A stretch of DNA of 64,000 bases from Octopus vulgaris (GCA_951406725.2 OX597825.1:33728001-33792000); one strand, 5' to 3'. Shown: positions 11,486 through 24,449, counted from the stretch's first letter. A program made the numbers and translations. Notes: generated from the letters alone by a model not told the origin.

Positions 11486-11903
11486 AATAGGCCAGATATT
11501 ACAATCATAGATATGGAAAAGCCAAGTTGCTTACTAATTGACCCATCATGCCCATTTGATTCATAAAGAAAGGGGAAGAAAAACAAAGAAAATACAATCC
11601 CTTAAAGTTTGAAATAGGAAGAATTTGGAACATGCGAACAGTAAAGGTCGTGCCTATAATAGTTGGTGCGTTGGGAACAGTAAGCCAAGATGTAGACAAA
11701 TGGCTGAAGGAGATTGAAATAGAATGCCCCGTAGAGCTCCTACAGAAAGTTTCTCTCTAAGAGACAGCAAGGATTATCAGCGGGGCGGTGTAAGCAGTTG
11801 AAAAACTGCCGAAAACTTGTAGATATCTAAGGTTACAGGAAATAATCCGTTACCCACATAAATTCGACCAGGAATAAGACCAAACCTGAGCCAAACCCCA
11901 ACC

Positions 11904-11905
<2 letters not shown>
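11486..11905 (+). mobile_element. R4/Dong 3' fragment with 3' UTR and (AAT)n tail
   Basis: RPDITIIDMEK..CLLIDPSCPFD..KYNPLKFEIGRIWNMRTVKVVPIIVGALG. Same family as 3642-3820. Confidence 0.8.
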
Positions 11906-11952
<47 letters not shown>

Positions 11953-12547
11953 TGTCCCAGGTACTCGTGGAGTTATGTCGAACAGCTGCTGTTACGTGTG
12001 GGACGGATCAGTCTATTAGCCGCGTTTCCTCTGCCTGGTGGCCGTGGCGAAAGAGATTGTCTGGTGGACGAGTTTGAAAGGTGTGAGGACAGAGATATTC
12101 CTCTTTGGCAGAGACCTTGTCGACTTTTTCTACCCTACCAAATTAAGGGTAGAAATGACGGTGCTATCTTCTAGTAAATTTATTCAGACGTGGGTGAAAT
12201 TTGCGAAAAAGGCAAGAGTGGACGGCACCACTCTAAATGTAGACCTGTGAGTTGGTGAAAAGGAATTGGAGAGGACACTTGCCCTTGGTGTTTAGGGAGA
12301 TCTTAGATGGTGGAGTTTCTCGATTATCCATAGAGTTCCTCCTGTATCAGGAAGACCACATCCCTATCATCTTTTCCCCCCATATTCTTTCCTTTTACTA
12401 TTGTATATTATGCGTACTTCTTTTCTTTGTTTTATTGTATACCTTTTCTTTTATCATTTTATTATATGTAACCCCACACACTTTAAGCCCGTCTTTGTGG
12501 TGTACTCCTCATCCGTCGCCCTGGTGGTAAATAAAAGAAATCATTAT

Positions 12548-12548
<1 letters not shown>
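11953..12548 (+). mobile_element. L1/Tx1-type LINE 3' fragment
   Basis: VAVAKEIVWWTSLKG...KLRVE...F..TW C-terminus, T-rich 3' UTR, AATAAA, then (TAC)n. Confidence 0.55.
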
Positions 12549-12614
<66 letters not shown>

Positions 12615-12846
12615 GTCATTAAGACCGCGAGCCGGCAGAATCTTTAGCATGCCGGGCGAAACGTTGTTTCGCGGTATTTTGGCTGTCATCACGTTCTGAG
12701 TTCTCTCTAATTCCACCGAGGTCGATTCTGCCTTCCATCCTTCCGGAGTCGATAAAATAAGTACCAGTTGGACACGGGTCGATGTAATCCACTCATTCCC
12801 ACCCCTAAAATTGCTGCCCTTGTAGAAAAATTTGAAACCATTATTA

Positions 12847-12899
<53 letters not shown>

Positions 12900-13309
12900 G
12901 AACGAGAGAGCAGTGCATGCCATCAAAGTGACCTTGTAAGTGGGACCAAGTTAAGATTTTCTTAACTCCCTGAATAAGGGTTCTTTAACGATGTTGAACG
13001 AAACACCCATGTTTCCAGAGGTGAATTATTCACACCTTAAACAATTCCTCTCCACACATGGGTATGATGCTCCCCCACTACTTCTGCTTGTGATCAGAGA
13101 TGCAGATATCGTCAGCCACCAAGGAACATGCTCAATTGCTTAAGGTCAAACATCTGACAAGCAAATCTGTGGTATTGAGCAGAATATTAGCTGTAGCCCA
13201 TCTTTTACACCAAGACAAAACATTTACATGATAACACTTCTAATCAGTTAAGATCAGGAGTAATGAGAGCCAGTGCCTGGTACTGCATCAGGGTAATTAT
13301 TATTCTTTT

Positions 13310-13705
13310 TATCTCAGGTTTTGTTAGAGCACCTGGAGTTTTGCATGCATAGCGGACTTGCTGCCTGCAGCCTACGGTACCATGCTATCTGCTCTCTTCA
13401 ACTATCAATACTTTCCTGACTATTCTGGCCGTGCCAAGGAGACAAACGTTCTGTAACAGTTCTACTAGGCACTCTATTACAATTTCTTTTATATTCCTTT
13501 TGATGCCTTCTGATACTGTTCCCAAGGGCCCAACAATAATTGTTACCATCTAAATCTTCATCGTTTTCCATAGCCAGGCTATTTCGTATTTAAAAGAGGG
13601 TTGTATTTGTCTGTTTCTCGCCTTCCCTCTTGACTGTTCGTGGGTCAAAGGGGTACGCAACATCAAGTATATATCACATGAGGTACATCTTGTCGACCAC
13701 CGCGA

Positions 13706-13707
<2 letters not shown>
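13310..13707 (-). mobile_element. Degenerate R4/Dong 3' fragment (second family)
   Basis: DVAYPFD...KYEIAWLWK...IIVGPLGTVS, next to (TTA)n at 13708-13765. Confidence 0.65.
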
Positions 13708-13767
<60 letters not shown>

Positions 13768-14514
13768 GCGGCGAGCTGGCAGAATCATTTAGCACGCTGG
13801 ACGAAATGCCTAGCAGTATTTCGCCCGTCGCTATGTTTTGAGTTGACTTTGCCTTTCATCCTCTCGGGGTTGATAGATTAAGTACCAGTGAAACACTGGA
13901 GTCGATGTAATCAACTATCCCCCCCTTCCCTCAAATGTCAGTTCTTGTGCCAGTTCTTGTAGAAAGGATTATTGTTATCATTATTAGATGTCTAAGTTTT
14001 ATGTCCTACTTCTACGACCTGGTCAACACTTCCCTCTGTTTATCAAATGTAGGAAAAAGTGGGTCGAATGGGTATTAATAGGAATAATTTAATGATGTAT
14101 AGTTAAGAAATGAGATGTCATAATGCACCAATTTACTATCAAGGTTTTGCTTTTCTTTTCTCCTACTTTTCTTTTCCCGAAACGAGGAGTAATAAACATA
14201 AATTTGCGAACTCATTGAAAACGCCTTCAAGTTGTTAATGACCCTAAAAATCGGTTTCTTTATGGCTAATGTTTGACATATTTCTTTTTATTAGAGACAA
14301 TATAAAATTTGTTAGAAAATATGTCTGCATCGCAGTGAGGTTTTGGAGTTTGTTTTGAGACTACATTTTGTCTAGTTTTATCCAGCTGTGAAACATCTTC
14401 GGCAAATGTCTTGCTTTGTTTTCTATCACCCAGTCACTCAATGCCTTTGGAGTGAAATTCGATCGATTGAAACTGTGCGGAAGACCACTCCACACACACA
14501 TACACACACGTACG

Positions 14515-14599
<85 letters not shown>

Positions 14600-14724
14600 G
14601 TACACATATATTGCATGAGGGTGGTATTAATAAATAGTTTTAGTTTCTTACGAGGGAATAATTCGAAGTAGATAAAGCTATAAATAATAACGTGCAGAAT
14701 TTGGGTTGACAAAAAAATCGAATG

Positions 14725-15082
14725 CTCAATGTATTTCAGCTACGATGCATCCGGTGGATATTGCGAATATCATACCAGGACCACATCACAAACGACGAGA
14801 TACATTGCCGAACTGATACCGTCTACTCCATGACGTTGTCACTGAGCGCCGCTTGCGATTCGTAGGCCATGTCTTCCGATTACTATCGTCGCGGCATGCA
14901 AAAACCACCATTCTGTGGAAGCCATCGCATGGCAAGAGAAAATAAGGGCAACCAAAAGTGACTTGGCGCTGCGCTTTCATCAATGACCGCAAAGTTGAAA
15001 TCGCCGAGGCCGACCGACCACGTTGGAGACGCCTTGCCGCCCAATGCGCCATACGGCGCAGGAGAACCTAAGACTGAGACTA
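14725..15082 (+). mobile_element. RTE-type LINE 3' fragment
   Basis: RRLRFVGHVFRL...WKPSHGKRK*GQPKVTW, with a short tandem tail CTAAGACTGAGACT. Confidence 0.7.
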
Positions 15083-15214
15083 TGTTTTATTGATAAAGGA
15101 ATGATATTAAGAGTTGCGATGATCCCCAGCTTATATGATATAAGATGGATACCAATAATTCTAAAAAGAACATGTGGCATCTATCTGTATACGTGTATGT
15201 ATGTATGTACATAC

Positions 15215-15618
15215 TCTTTTACTTGTTTCAGTCATTTGACTGCGGCCATGTTGGAGCACCGCCTTTAATCGAGCAACTCGACCCCGGGACTTATTCTTTT
15301 TGTAAGCCCAGTACTTATTCTATCGGTCTCTTTTGCCGAACCGCTAAGTAACGGGGACATAAACACACCAGCATCGGTTGTCAAGCAATGCTAGAGGGAC
15401 AAACACAGACACACAAACACACACACATACATACACATATATATACATATATACGACAGGCTTCTTTCAGTTTCCGTCTACCAAATCCACTCACAAGGCT
15501 TTGGTCAGCTCGAGGCTATAGCAGAAGACACGCGCCCAAGGTGCCACGCAGTGGGACTGAACCCGGAACCATGTGGGTGGTAGACAAGCTACTTACCACA
15601 CAGCCACTCCTGCGCCTA
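15215..15618 (-). mobile_element. SINE family B (tRNA head + CORE-like segment + internal microsatellite + LINE-like tail)
   Basis: Minus strand: AGGCGCAGGAGTGGCTGTGTGGTAAG...GGTTCAGTCCC...CACCTTGGG...(TG)n...GCATGGCCGCAGTCAAATGACTGAAACAAG. Full or partial copies at 17835-18065, 18640-18808, 22310-22540, 23878-24040, 32125-32290, 35210-35610, 43762-43940, 45435-45970, 50675-51135 and 61537-61703 (all minus), and 32562-32930 and 40448-40655 (plus). Confidence 0.85.
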
Positions 15619-16100
15619 TGTATATAGTATATATACACACTATGTATATTAGCACATCTAACATAGATATTTAGTGTCTATTAACGCATGCACCATACAA
15701 TATATATAACCGATGGAAGTTATCTGCGCGTACAGTGTCGTGGATTTGGTTAGCTGAGAGCTATCTTATTTATTCTTCGCGTGTGTTGCTCCCATATAAA
15801 ACCAAGTACAATATTACGATTTTAGTAACCTGTTTATTTACTGATTGATACTGCCGATGTTACTTATCATAAGCTATTACACTGAATACCAGTAGCTAGT
15901 GTGTGGTAATGTAAGCTTGGGGAGAAGTCATAATGTATGCTTGGCAAGAGGAGATCTTTTTACACGAGGTCAGAGCGGCATTATTGACGATTTACCATGA
16001 AAACGTCTGCGGATGTATATCCCGCACATGTCAGTTTATAACCATGATTTGGTGCAAAACTGCATGGAATTTTCCATTTGATCACGATACTATACAGATA

Positions 16101-17370
16101 CGAGGGGCGTTCAATAAGTAATGCCCCTGACCCATTTCCCATAGCAGTAGAGCAACGACAGTTGGCACAGTTATTAGTCTTTTCCTGCATAGGAACTACC
16201 CAGAGTTATGCATTTCTCCTATCGTTTGATACAGCTCTGGAGACCGTTTTTGTAGAAGACCCCAGCTTGGTCCTCCAACCACGACGTGACTTCAGAAATC
16301 AAGGCTGCATCATCTGGGAAACGCTTTCCTTTCAAAATCAACTTCATGGCTGGGAAGAGGTGAAAATCAGAGGGTGCAAGGGGAGGAGTTCATAGCTGCA
16401 CGCCTGTGCTTCTGATCTGGCGACACGCGAGTTGTGGACCGGAGCGTTGTCCTGCAGGAGGAGGATGCCTTTGCTGATCTTGCCCCGCCTCTTGATTTTG
16501 ATAGCTTCTCTTAATTTCCTCAAAAGTGAAGCATAATAGGCTCCTGTAATTGTGGTGCCCTTTGCCAGGAAATCTGTCATCACTACTCCGTCCTGGTCCC
16601 AGAAGACTGTGAGCATAACCTTGTCAGCGGAGGGCTGCACCCTTGCCTTCTTTGGAGGAGGTGAGTCACGGTGCTTTCACTGCATTGACTGGGCTTTGGT
16701 CTATGGATCATAGTGATGGACCCAGGTTTTATCCTGTGTGATCAGTCTTTTGAAAAATTTTGACTCATCTTCTTGGCACATCTCCAAATTCATCCTCGAG
16801 CACTCAACGCGTTCTTGCTTCTGGAAAGGTGTGAGCAACCTGGAAATCCATCTGGCAGACACCTTTTGCATATGCAAATGGTCATGAATGATAGTTTCCA
16901 CTGACCCGGTACTAATCTTGACCTTATGGGCTATTTGGCGAATAGTTATGCGTTGACCTTCCAAAATGGCAGCCTCAACTTGACGGACAGACGTCTCATC
17001 AACGGCAGAAGGGGGCGACCAGATCTGGGAGCTGTTTCCACAGAGTTCCGGCTATGTTTGAATTCACAATGCCAGCGTTTTACAAGGTCATATGATGGGG
17101 CATCATCACCATAAGTTACTTTCATTTCATCAAAAGTCTCCCGTGGTGTGCGTCCTTTCAAATACAAAAACCAGATTACTGCTCGACACTCAGCAGGCTC
17201 CATTTCACACTTGACTCAGTTCAAACACCTGTAAATCAGCAACCACAATTAGTTCAGGGCTGTAATTCACCACTTAATCTATAGACGTATAAATAAGTGC
17301 ACATGCAAAATTTCAGCTAGATCAAATAACTGCAAGTGGGTCAGGGGCATTACTTATTGAACGCCCCTCG
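16101..17370 (-). mobile_element. Full-length mariner transposon (1270 bp)
   Basis: Perfect 34-bp TIR CGAGGGGCGTTCAATAAGTAATGCCCCTGACCCA, with TA at both ends. Confidence 0.97.
16174..17203 (-). pseudogene. Mariner transposase pseudogene (irritans-like)
   Basis: RSGRP, KVSARWISRLLT, ITQDKTWVHHYDP, QDNAPVH, LAPSDFHLF. Frameshifts, stops and loss of HPPYSPD. Confidence 0.93.
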
Positions 17371-18216
17371 TATACCAGAACAGCGATAGGCTGAAACATA
17401 GTCCACAATCACATTATATATCCTGACCTTCATCCGTTACTGGCCTGACGAGGTTTCGAATAATAAGCACTTCTACAGTGCGTAAAACTTCGTTTCTCTG
17501 TCTTCATATAATTTCACAGCCCATTTTGCGTTTTTCTATATCTAACTACATTTGTATTTGCATTGTCTAACTTTACGATGAAGTATAAAATAATGTCATT
17601 CACTAATATTGCTTGACTGGGTGTTCCTTGTTCTACTAACATATCTAATGTTTCGTAAGTCTTGCCGACTATTACGAACGTAAAATTGTTTTCAGATAAA
17701 CAAAATATGTGGAAATAGTTTATTTTGCGTTCCTTCAATATCTCTGTATGGTATGGTAATAATTTACTTTTATATTGTTTATTAATTTATCTAATATTTT
17801 ATTTGTTTTTAGTAAGACAATTTCAGTTAATTTATCATTTACTTGTTTCAGTCAGTAGACTGCGGGTATGCTGGGGCAATGCCTTGAAGAGTTTTTGTTT
17901 AAATGATTTGACCTCGTTTATTTAATTTAGTTTAAATGAATAGTTTAAAAGAAAAGCCTGGTACTTATTGTATCGGACTATTTTGCTGAACAGCTAAGTT
18001 ACGTGAATGTAAATAGCCCAACATTGGTTGTCAAGCAATGGCGGGGAACAAGCACAAACACACACATGCACATACATATACCTCTCGAAATTGCTAAAAT
18101 GATCCGGTTCCCGACTGAAGATTAGAGGCTTCGAATGACCCGTCTGTTTTTTTTTGTGTCATCTCTTTGTGTGTTTTTGCGTTCTTGTCCCATTTTGTAA
18201 TTTATATTTAATTTCT

Positions 18217-18300
<84 letters not shown>

Positions 18301-18303
<3 letters not shown>

Positions 18304-18570
18304 AGGCGCAATGGTGGCCCAGTGGGCAATGGTGGGCAGCGGACTCGCGGTCGGAGGATCGCGGTTTCGATTCCCAGACCGGGCGTTGTGTGTGTTTATT
18401 GAGCGAAAACACCTAAAAGGTCCGGCGGGGACTCTCTCTTCCTGTTTCTTGAGTAACGCTGCGATGGACTGGCGTCCCGTTCAGCTGGGGGGAGGGGGGC
18501 ACATACACCACAGAAACCGGGAAACCGGGCCCATGAGCCTGGCTAGGTTTGAAAAGGGTGACGTTGATCG
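18301..18570 (+). mobile_element. tRNA-derived SINE family C
   Basis: A/B boxes and the V-like core. Related tRNA-headed SINEs at 28248-28590, 32305-32560, 33145-33470 (TSD ATACTGAGTAG), 53005-53296 and 56617-56937. Confidence 0.8.
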
Positions 18571-18589
18571 TTTATATATATATATACAT

Positions 18590-18636
<47 letters not shown>

Positions 18637-19303
18637 CATATATACGACGGGCTTCTTTCAGTTTCCGTCTACCAAATCCACTCACTAGTCTTTGATCGGC
18701 TCAAGTCTATAGTAGAAGAGACTTGCCCAAGGTGCCACTCAGTGGGACTGAACCCGTAACTATGTGGTTGCGAAGTAAGCTTCTTGTCACACAGCCACGC
18801 CTGCGCCTATTTTGTCGGCGAATCTAGCTTTGTATTCCTGCATAAAGTTAAAGTGAACCTCCACTTACGCTCGAATTTAAAACCTCTTAAAGAGCAAAGT
18901 ATTGTTTCCCCGCCATGAGTAGAGATTTTATTTACGTGAACACACACACACACACCAAGGCAACGTGTTTTTGGAAACATGATATAGAGAAGAAAAAAAC
19001 ATTTGGTATCTATTTTACTTATTGTTCCATCACTTAAAAAACAAACAAATAGTTTGAAAACGTCTGAGCAGAAAACACGATACAATTGGGTCAAAAAAAA
19101 AAAAAACGAAAAATATCTAGAGATTAGAAGGACAAAATCCTGTTGGTAACATGACAGATTAGAAAAGAGAGCTGAAATGAAATTGACGAAACAATGCGAT
19201 CTTTGTTTATCTAATAGAGATATAAGAGCAGGGAAACATACCAAGTTGTATAGTATAAAGCAACGATTACTGAAATTATATAAACCCTTGAATGTCAACA
19301 TTG

Positions 19304-19389
<86 letters not shown>

Positions 19390-19524
19390 GTATGTGTATA
19401 TATATATATATCTGTAAATGTAATATGTGACAATTATTCGGTAGCCATGATAAAACTCCGCGTTTCGGATGCCGAGGTGGAAAACCACGCCGCCATCTCT
19501 TTTGTTTTCTAACCATTTTTATCA

Positions 19525-19632
<108 letters not shown>

Positions 19633-19668
19633 ATGTATGTATGTATGTATGTATGTATGTATGTACAT

Positions 19669-19918
19669 ATACATCGTTGCTGTTATGCAAAGGTGCCGCA
19701 AGTCCAAAACGTTGCTTTTTCAGAAAACGAAAAAATTGTTTCACCATTCCATAGCAAAACCATTGTACTACATTTTGACAATTTTCATTTCTTGACATCT
19801 GAAGCAGCTGGAGAATGTGATAGTTTGACCAAAAGAACCAACTATTGCAAGCAAAAATAAAAATTGAAAAGAAACCCATTTGACCAAATTTGGACATAAG
19901 TTTAACGTAATAACAACG

Positions 19919-19922
<4 letters not shown>
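19669..19922. mobile_element. Possible old MITE
   Basis: Imperfect termini TACATCGTTGCTGTTATG and CGTAATAACAACGATATG, set inside (TATG)n tracts. Confidence 0.4.
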
Positions 19923-19949
<27 letters not shown>

Positions 19950-20162
19950 TGTATGTATGTATGTATGTATGCATGTATGTATGTATGCATGCATGCATGT
20001 AAGAATGTAAGAATGTGAGTATATTATATTGCAAGCAAACTTTAGTAGCACCGGGAGAGTTGCCAGTAGACAACGTTTTCTGTCTTCTAAGAGGGAGATA
20101 TCCAATCTTTCCTTCGGCTGTTTTCACAGATATACTGCATTCAAAATTTACTTTAATGTCCG

Positions 20163-20205
<43 letters not shown>

Positions 20206-20454
20206 ATAATATAATGCTTGCACGCCTGAATGCATACACACATACATACATACATATATACGCATGCACACGCATACACACACACACACATACATACACA
20301 AACACACACACGCACACACAAATCGGTGAACAAACGAAAGAAAAAACACTTTGCATTTACTTTTAGGGAATACATATTTGTGTTTTGATAGTGTCAGATT
20401 TGGATTACTGGGTATTTTACGGACGTAAAATTCATCTGATCTTTCCAGCAATTG

Positions 20455-21175
20455 ATTGCTAAATGGTAAGGCTCTTACGACTTCTAAATAAAGTTGATTG
20501 AAAGTGGTATAGCTTAATCAGTGCCGCATGAATTGCCAGTGAGAGCCATGGATCATTTCTACATTCCGGAGAATGTAACAAAATTAGCGAGGATATATTA
20601 TGTCAGTTTCGGGATGAGGTTTACAGCTGGTAACTTGACAACGGATTGGCACCACCAAGAAATTGGTGGTTTATCCTAAGTCACGGAGAGGGTTTTGAAA
20701 GAGACATATTTTTCATAACAAATAACCCATATGCAATCACCTAAGAAGGTCTTCATGGACGACCTGACATTTCTGTCGATAGACCAGCAAATCTTGCAGA
20801 GGGCTCTCCCGAGGTTAGACAAGCTGACAAAAAAAAGTTAAAGATGCGATTCAGAGCAAAAAGCTCGTGTAGTCCGTCATTTATTAGGGGAGTGCAAAAA
20901 CAAGCAAAATTTAAAACAGCAGGAAAAAGAATATGCAGGAACATTGTCAGATAGAAGTTGCGGGATGCAGATTGTGAAACAAGCCGAGGATGAACTGACA
21001 GTAATTGATGGTTCAAAGCTACCAGAGAAGTATAAAATATGGTGCCTACAGTTCGGCTTTCATTAGCGTCTTTCGTAGTCAATTTTAATATACAAGGTGG
21101 CACTGTTACAAGTTCAAATCATTGAGCAAAAGTACAATGTGCTTATTAGAAAGTGGCTAGAACTATCGAGGTCTT
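20455..21175 (+). mobile_element. Degenerate R2-Hero-like RT fragment
   Basis: SVPHE...HFYIP, FMDDLT, IDGSKLPEKYKIWCLQFG, LIRKWL. Many lesions. Confidence 0.65.
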
Positions 21176-21224
21176 CCTTATATCTTTCGGCTCGTTGTTT
21201 ATTGAGGTTGTTTAAAAGGATAAA

Positions 21225-21620
21225 TGCGGCAACCTGGCAGAGTCGTTAGTACGCCGGGCGAAATGCTTCGCGGTATTCCGTCTGCCGCTACGTTCTGAGT
21301 TCAAACTCCGCCGAGGTCGACTTTGCCTTTCATCCTTTCGGGGTCGATTAAATAAGTACCAGTTACTCACTGCGGTCTATATAATCGACTTAATCCGTTT
21401 GTCTGTCCTTGTTTGTCTTCTCTGTGTTTAGCCCCTTGTCGGTAGTAAAGAAATAGGTATTTCATCCATCTTTACGTCCAGAGTTCAAATGCCGCCAGAA
21501 TCGACTTTGTCTTTCCTCCTTTCGAAGGATAAAATAAGTACCAGTTGAAGACTGGGGTCGATGTAAACGACTTTCCCTATCACCGAAATTGCTGGCCTTG
21601 TGCCAAAATTTAAAACCAAT
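21225..21620 (+). mobile_element. SINE A dimer (near-consensus unit joined to a diverged unit)
   Basis: Junction GTAAAGAAATAGGTATTTCATCC. Similar structures at 31508-31790(+) and 58325-58723(-). Confidence 0.85.
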
Positions 21621-22519
21621 TATATTGTCGAGAATCCCTACGAATACTACACGAGGATGAAAACTTTCTCCGAAGCAAATTCTGAGACGTAATTACTTTC
21701 TGTCCCCATAAATTTCACAACTCCTTTTCCTGTTACCAGATCGATCAGCTCAAATCGACCCAGACATGTCTCATTGCTTGTATTTCACCATTCATCCTTC
21801 CTTCCACTTCCTTTTCCCTAAGATTTATTTCTTAACATTTGCTTTTTTTCTTTTGTATATAGCTTCATTACCTTTATGACCTCCATTTTTTCAAACTGCA
21901 TCTTGAAGCTTTCACACTTTAATGTACTCTTGTTTATCTCACACACCCATTTTTTCTTCTCGTCTCTATCACCACCATATTCCTTTCGCCGTACCATCCC
22001 TTCCCTATACAGAGCACATTCTAGACGTTGCTGCTACTAGATGTTATCGTCTAAAGTGGACTACGTCACGACTTCATGACCTGAGGCAACGAAGAAACAA
22101 CAAGAACAATAATAACAACTCTTTCTCTTGCGCAATTTTCACGGAGTTTGCGGTTTATTTATTATCTTGTTTCTTTTTTAGAGGATTTCTTGTCTGCATG
22201 AAGCAAGCGCTCAACAGATATTTGTAATGACAACAAACTGATGAGAGCCAAAGTCAAATCCGATACCTGGCTACATATCAGAGATTGCACAATATCTTTT
22301 ATTTTTTATTTGTTCCGGCCATTAGACTGCGGCCATGCTGGAGTAGAACCTTGAAGAATTTTTTCTTTATGTGAACGAATCGACCCGGATAATTGTTTAA
22401 GTCTGGTACTTAGAATATCGGTCTTTTTGGCCGAACTGCTATATAACGGGGACGTAAACAAACCAACACTAGTTGTCATGCAGTAGTGGGAGACAAAGCC
22501 TCAAAGATACACACACAAA

Positions 22520-22614
<95 letters not shown>

Positions 22615-22732
22615 AGAATTCACACAAAGAAAAACAAAAGACGAAGACAGGTGGTGTAGACAATAAACATATATATACATTATTTACATTATTTACATTT
22701 GACGGATATTTGTCCTCATCTTGTTTGTTGTT

Positions 22733-22778
22733 AACACAACGTTTCTGCTGATATACCCTCCAGCCTTCTTCAGGTGTC
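22733..22778 (-). ncRNA. Minimal type-I hammerhead motif (PLE family E), one stem II mismatch
   Basis: Minus strand: GACAC CUGAAGA A GGCUG..CAGCA GAAA CG UU GUGUU. Confidence 0.6.
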
Positions 22779-22827
22779 TTGGGGAAATTTCGAACCTGGG
22801 TTCTCATTCTTAAAGTATTTTTCGATG

Positions 22828-22888
<61 letters not shown>

Positions 22889-22919
22889 GTAGTAGTAGTA
22901 GTAGTAGTAGTAGTAGTAA

Positions 22920-22963
<44 letters not shown>

Positions 22964-23420
22964 AGTGAAAGAGCAGTGCATGCCGTCAAAGTGACTCTGG
23001 GGTAAAATATACGAAGCCCAATATACCCATCATGACTACCCGTCTGATAAGGGTACACCAGGCACATGCATCACAACCATATGTGCGCGACATGGTGATC
23101 TCATATCAAGATAAACAGCACATGACCGTGCAGGTGGGGCCCGGTTAGAATTTTCTTCTGGTCGAGTAACCCATCCCGCTCAAAAGGTCTCTGATTAAGG
23201 GTTGTTTAAGGATGTTGAACGAAACACCCATGTTTCCAAAGGTGAATTATCCAAACCTCCAAGAATTCTTTTCAACACACGGCTATGACACTACTTTTTC
23301 TTAGCCACCAAGGGACATGTTCAACTGGTTAAGGTCAAACAACTGACAAGCAAATCTGTGGTATTGAGCAGAATATTTGCTGTTGCCTATCTTTTATACC
23401 AAGACAAAACAATGTACATG

Positions 23421-23459
<39 letters not shown>

Positions 23460-23460
23460 T

Positions 23461-23715
23461 AGGTCACTGCTTGGAATCGAAAATCGGAATCTTTGGGGTT
23501 AGTAGTCCGCGCTCTTAACCACTACGCCATATGCCCACAGGCATCGAAAAATACCTTAGGAATGAGAAACCAAGTTCGAAATTTCCCCGAGACACCTGAT
23601 GAAGGCTGGAGGGTATATCAGCCGAAACGTTGTGTTAACAACAAACAAGATGAGGACAAATATCCGTCATATATGAATAATGTACATAATTCCCCATCTC
23701 TTAAATATAGAACTG

Positions 23716-23717
<2 letters not shown>
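23461..23717. mobile_element. PLE family E terminal module: tRNA-like cassette (minus, 23461-23536) inverted relative to the hammerhead block (plus)
   Basis: Minus-strand A-box TGGCGTAGTGG and B-box TTCGATTCC. Plus block CATCGAAAAATACC...TTAAATATAGAACTG. Confidence 0.7.
23591..23636 (+). ncRNA. Minimal type-I hammerhead ribozyme motif
   Basis: Stem I GACAC/GUGUU, core CUGAUGA(+A), stem II GGCUG/CAGCC, GAAA, palindromic AACGUU in place of stem III, GUU cleavage triplet. Confidence 0.7.
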
Positions 23718-23768
<51 letters not shown>

Positions 23769-24084
23769 CATGTATATGCATACATGTATATACATATGTG
23801 TGTATGTGTGTAAGTGAGTGAGTGTGTATGTGTGCGTGTGCGTGTGCGTGAGCGTGTGCGCGCGTGTGTGTGTGTGTACGACGAGCTTTTAGTTTCCGTT
23901 CACCTAATCCACTCACAAGGTTCTGATCGACCCGAGACTTTAGTAGAAAACGCTCACTCCAAGGAGCTATACAATGGGACTGAACCCGGAACAACGTGGT
24001 TGGGAAGAAAAGTTCTTGCCACATGGCCAAGCCTGCGTCTACGATAGGTAAATTTAAGGTATTAAACGCATGGAGCTTACCGAG

Positions 24085-24187
24085 TAGTAGATAGATAGGC
24101 AGACAGACAAAATGACAGACAGACAGATAAATAGATAGATAGGCAGACAGACAGACAGACAGAAGACAGACAGACAGAGAAACAGAC

Positions 24188-24242
<55 letters not shown>

Positions 24243-24243
24243 A

Positions 24244-24278
<35 letters not shown>

Positions 24279-24309
24279 CATAGATAGATAGATAGATAAT
24301 AGATAGATA

Positions 24310-24352
<43 letters not shown>

Positions 24353-24375
24353 TATAGATAGATAATAGATAGATA

Positions 24376-24448
<73 letters not shown>
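24085..24448. repeat. (GATA)n/(GACA)n compound microsatellite
   Basis: Direct. Another (GATA)n tract at 60737-60794. Confidence 0.95.

Positions 24449-24449
<1 letters not shown>

Noticed and set aside
18864-18930. Minus-strand GTAAGT donor with an upstream ATG
   Set aside because: The ATG frame stops before the donor and the phase does not fit exon 5531-5593. It could only be a UTR exon, which is unsupported.
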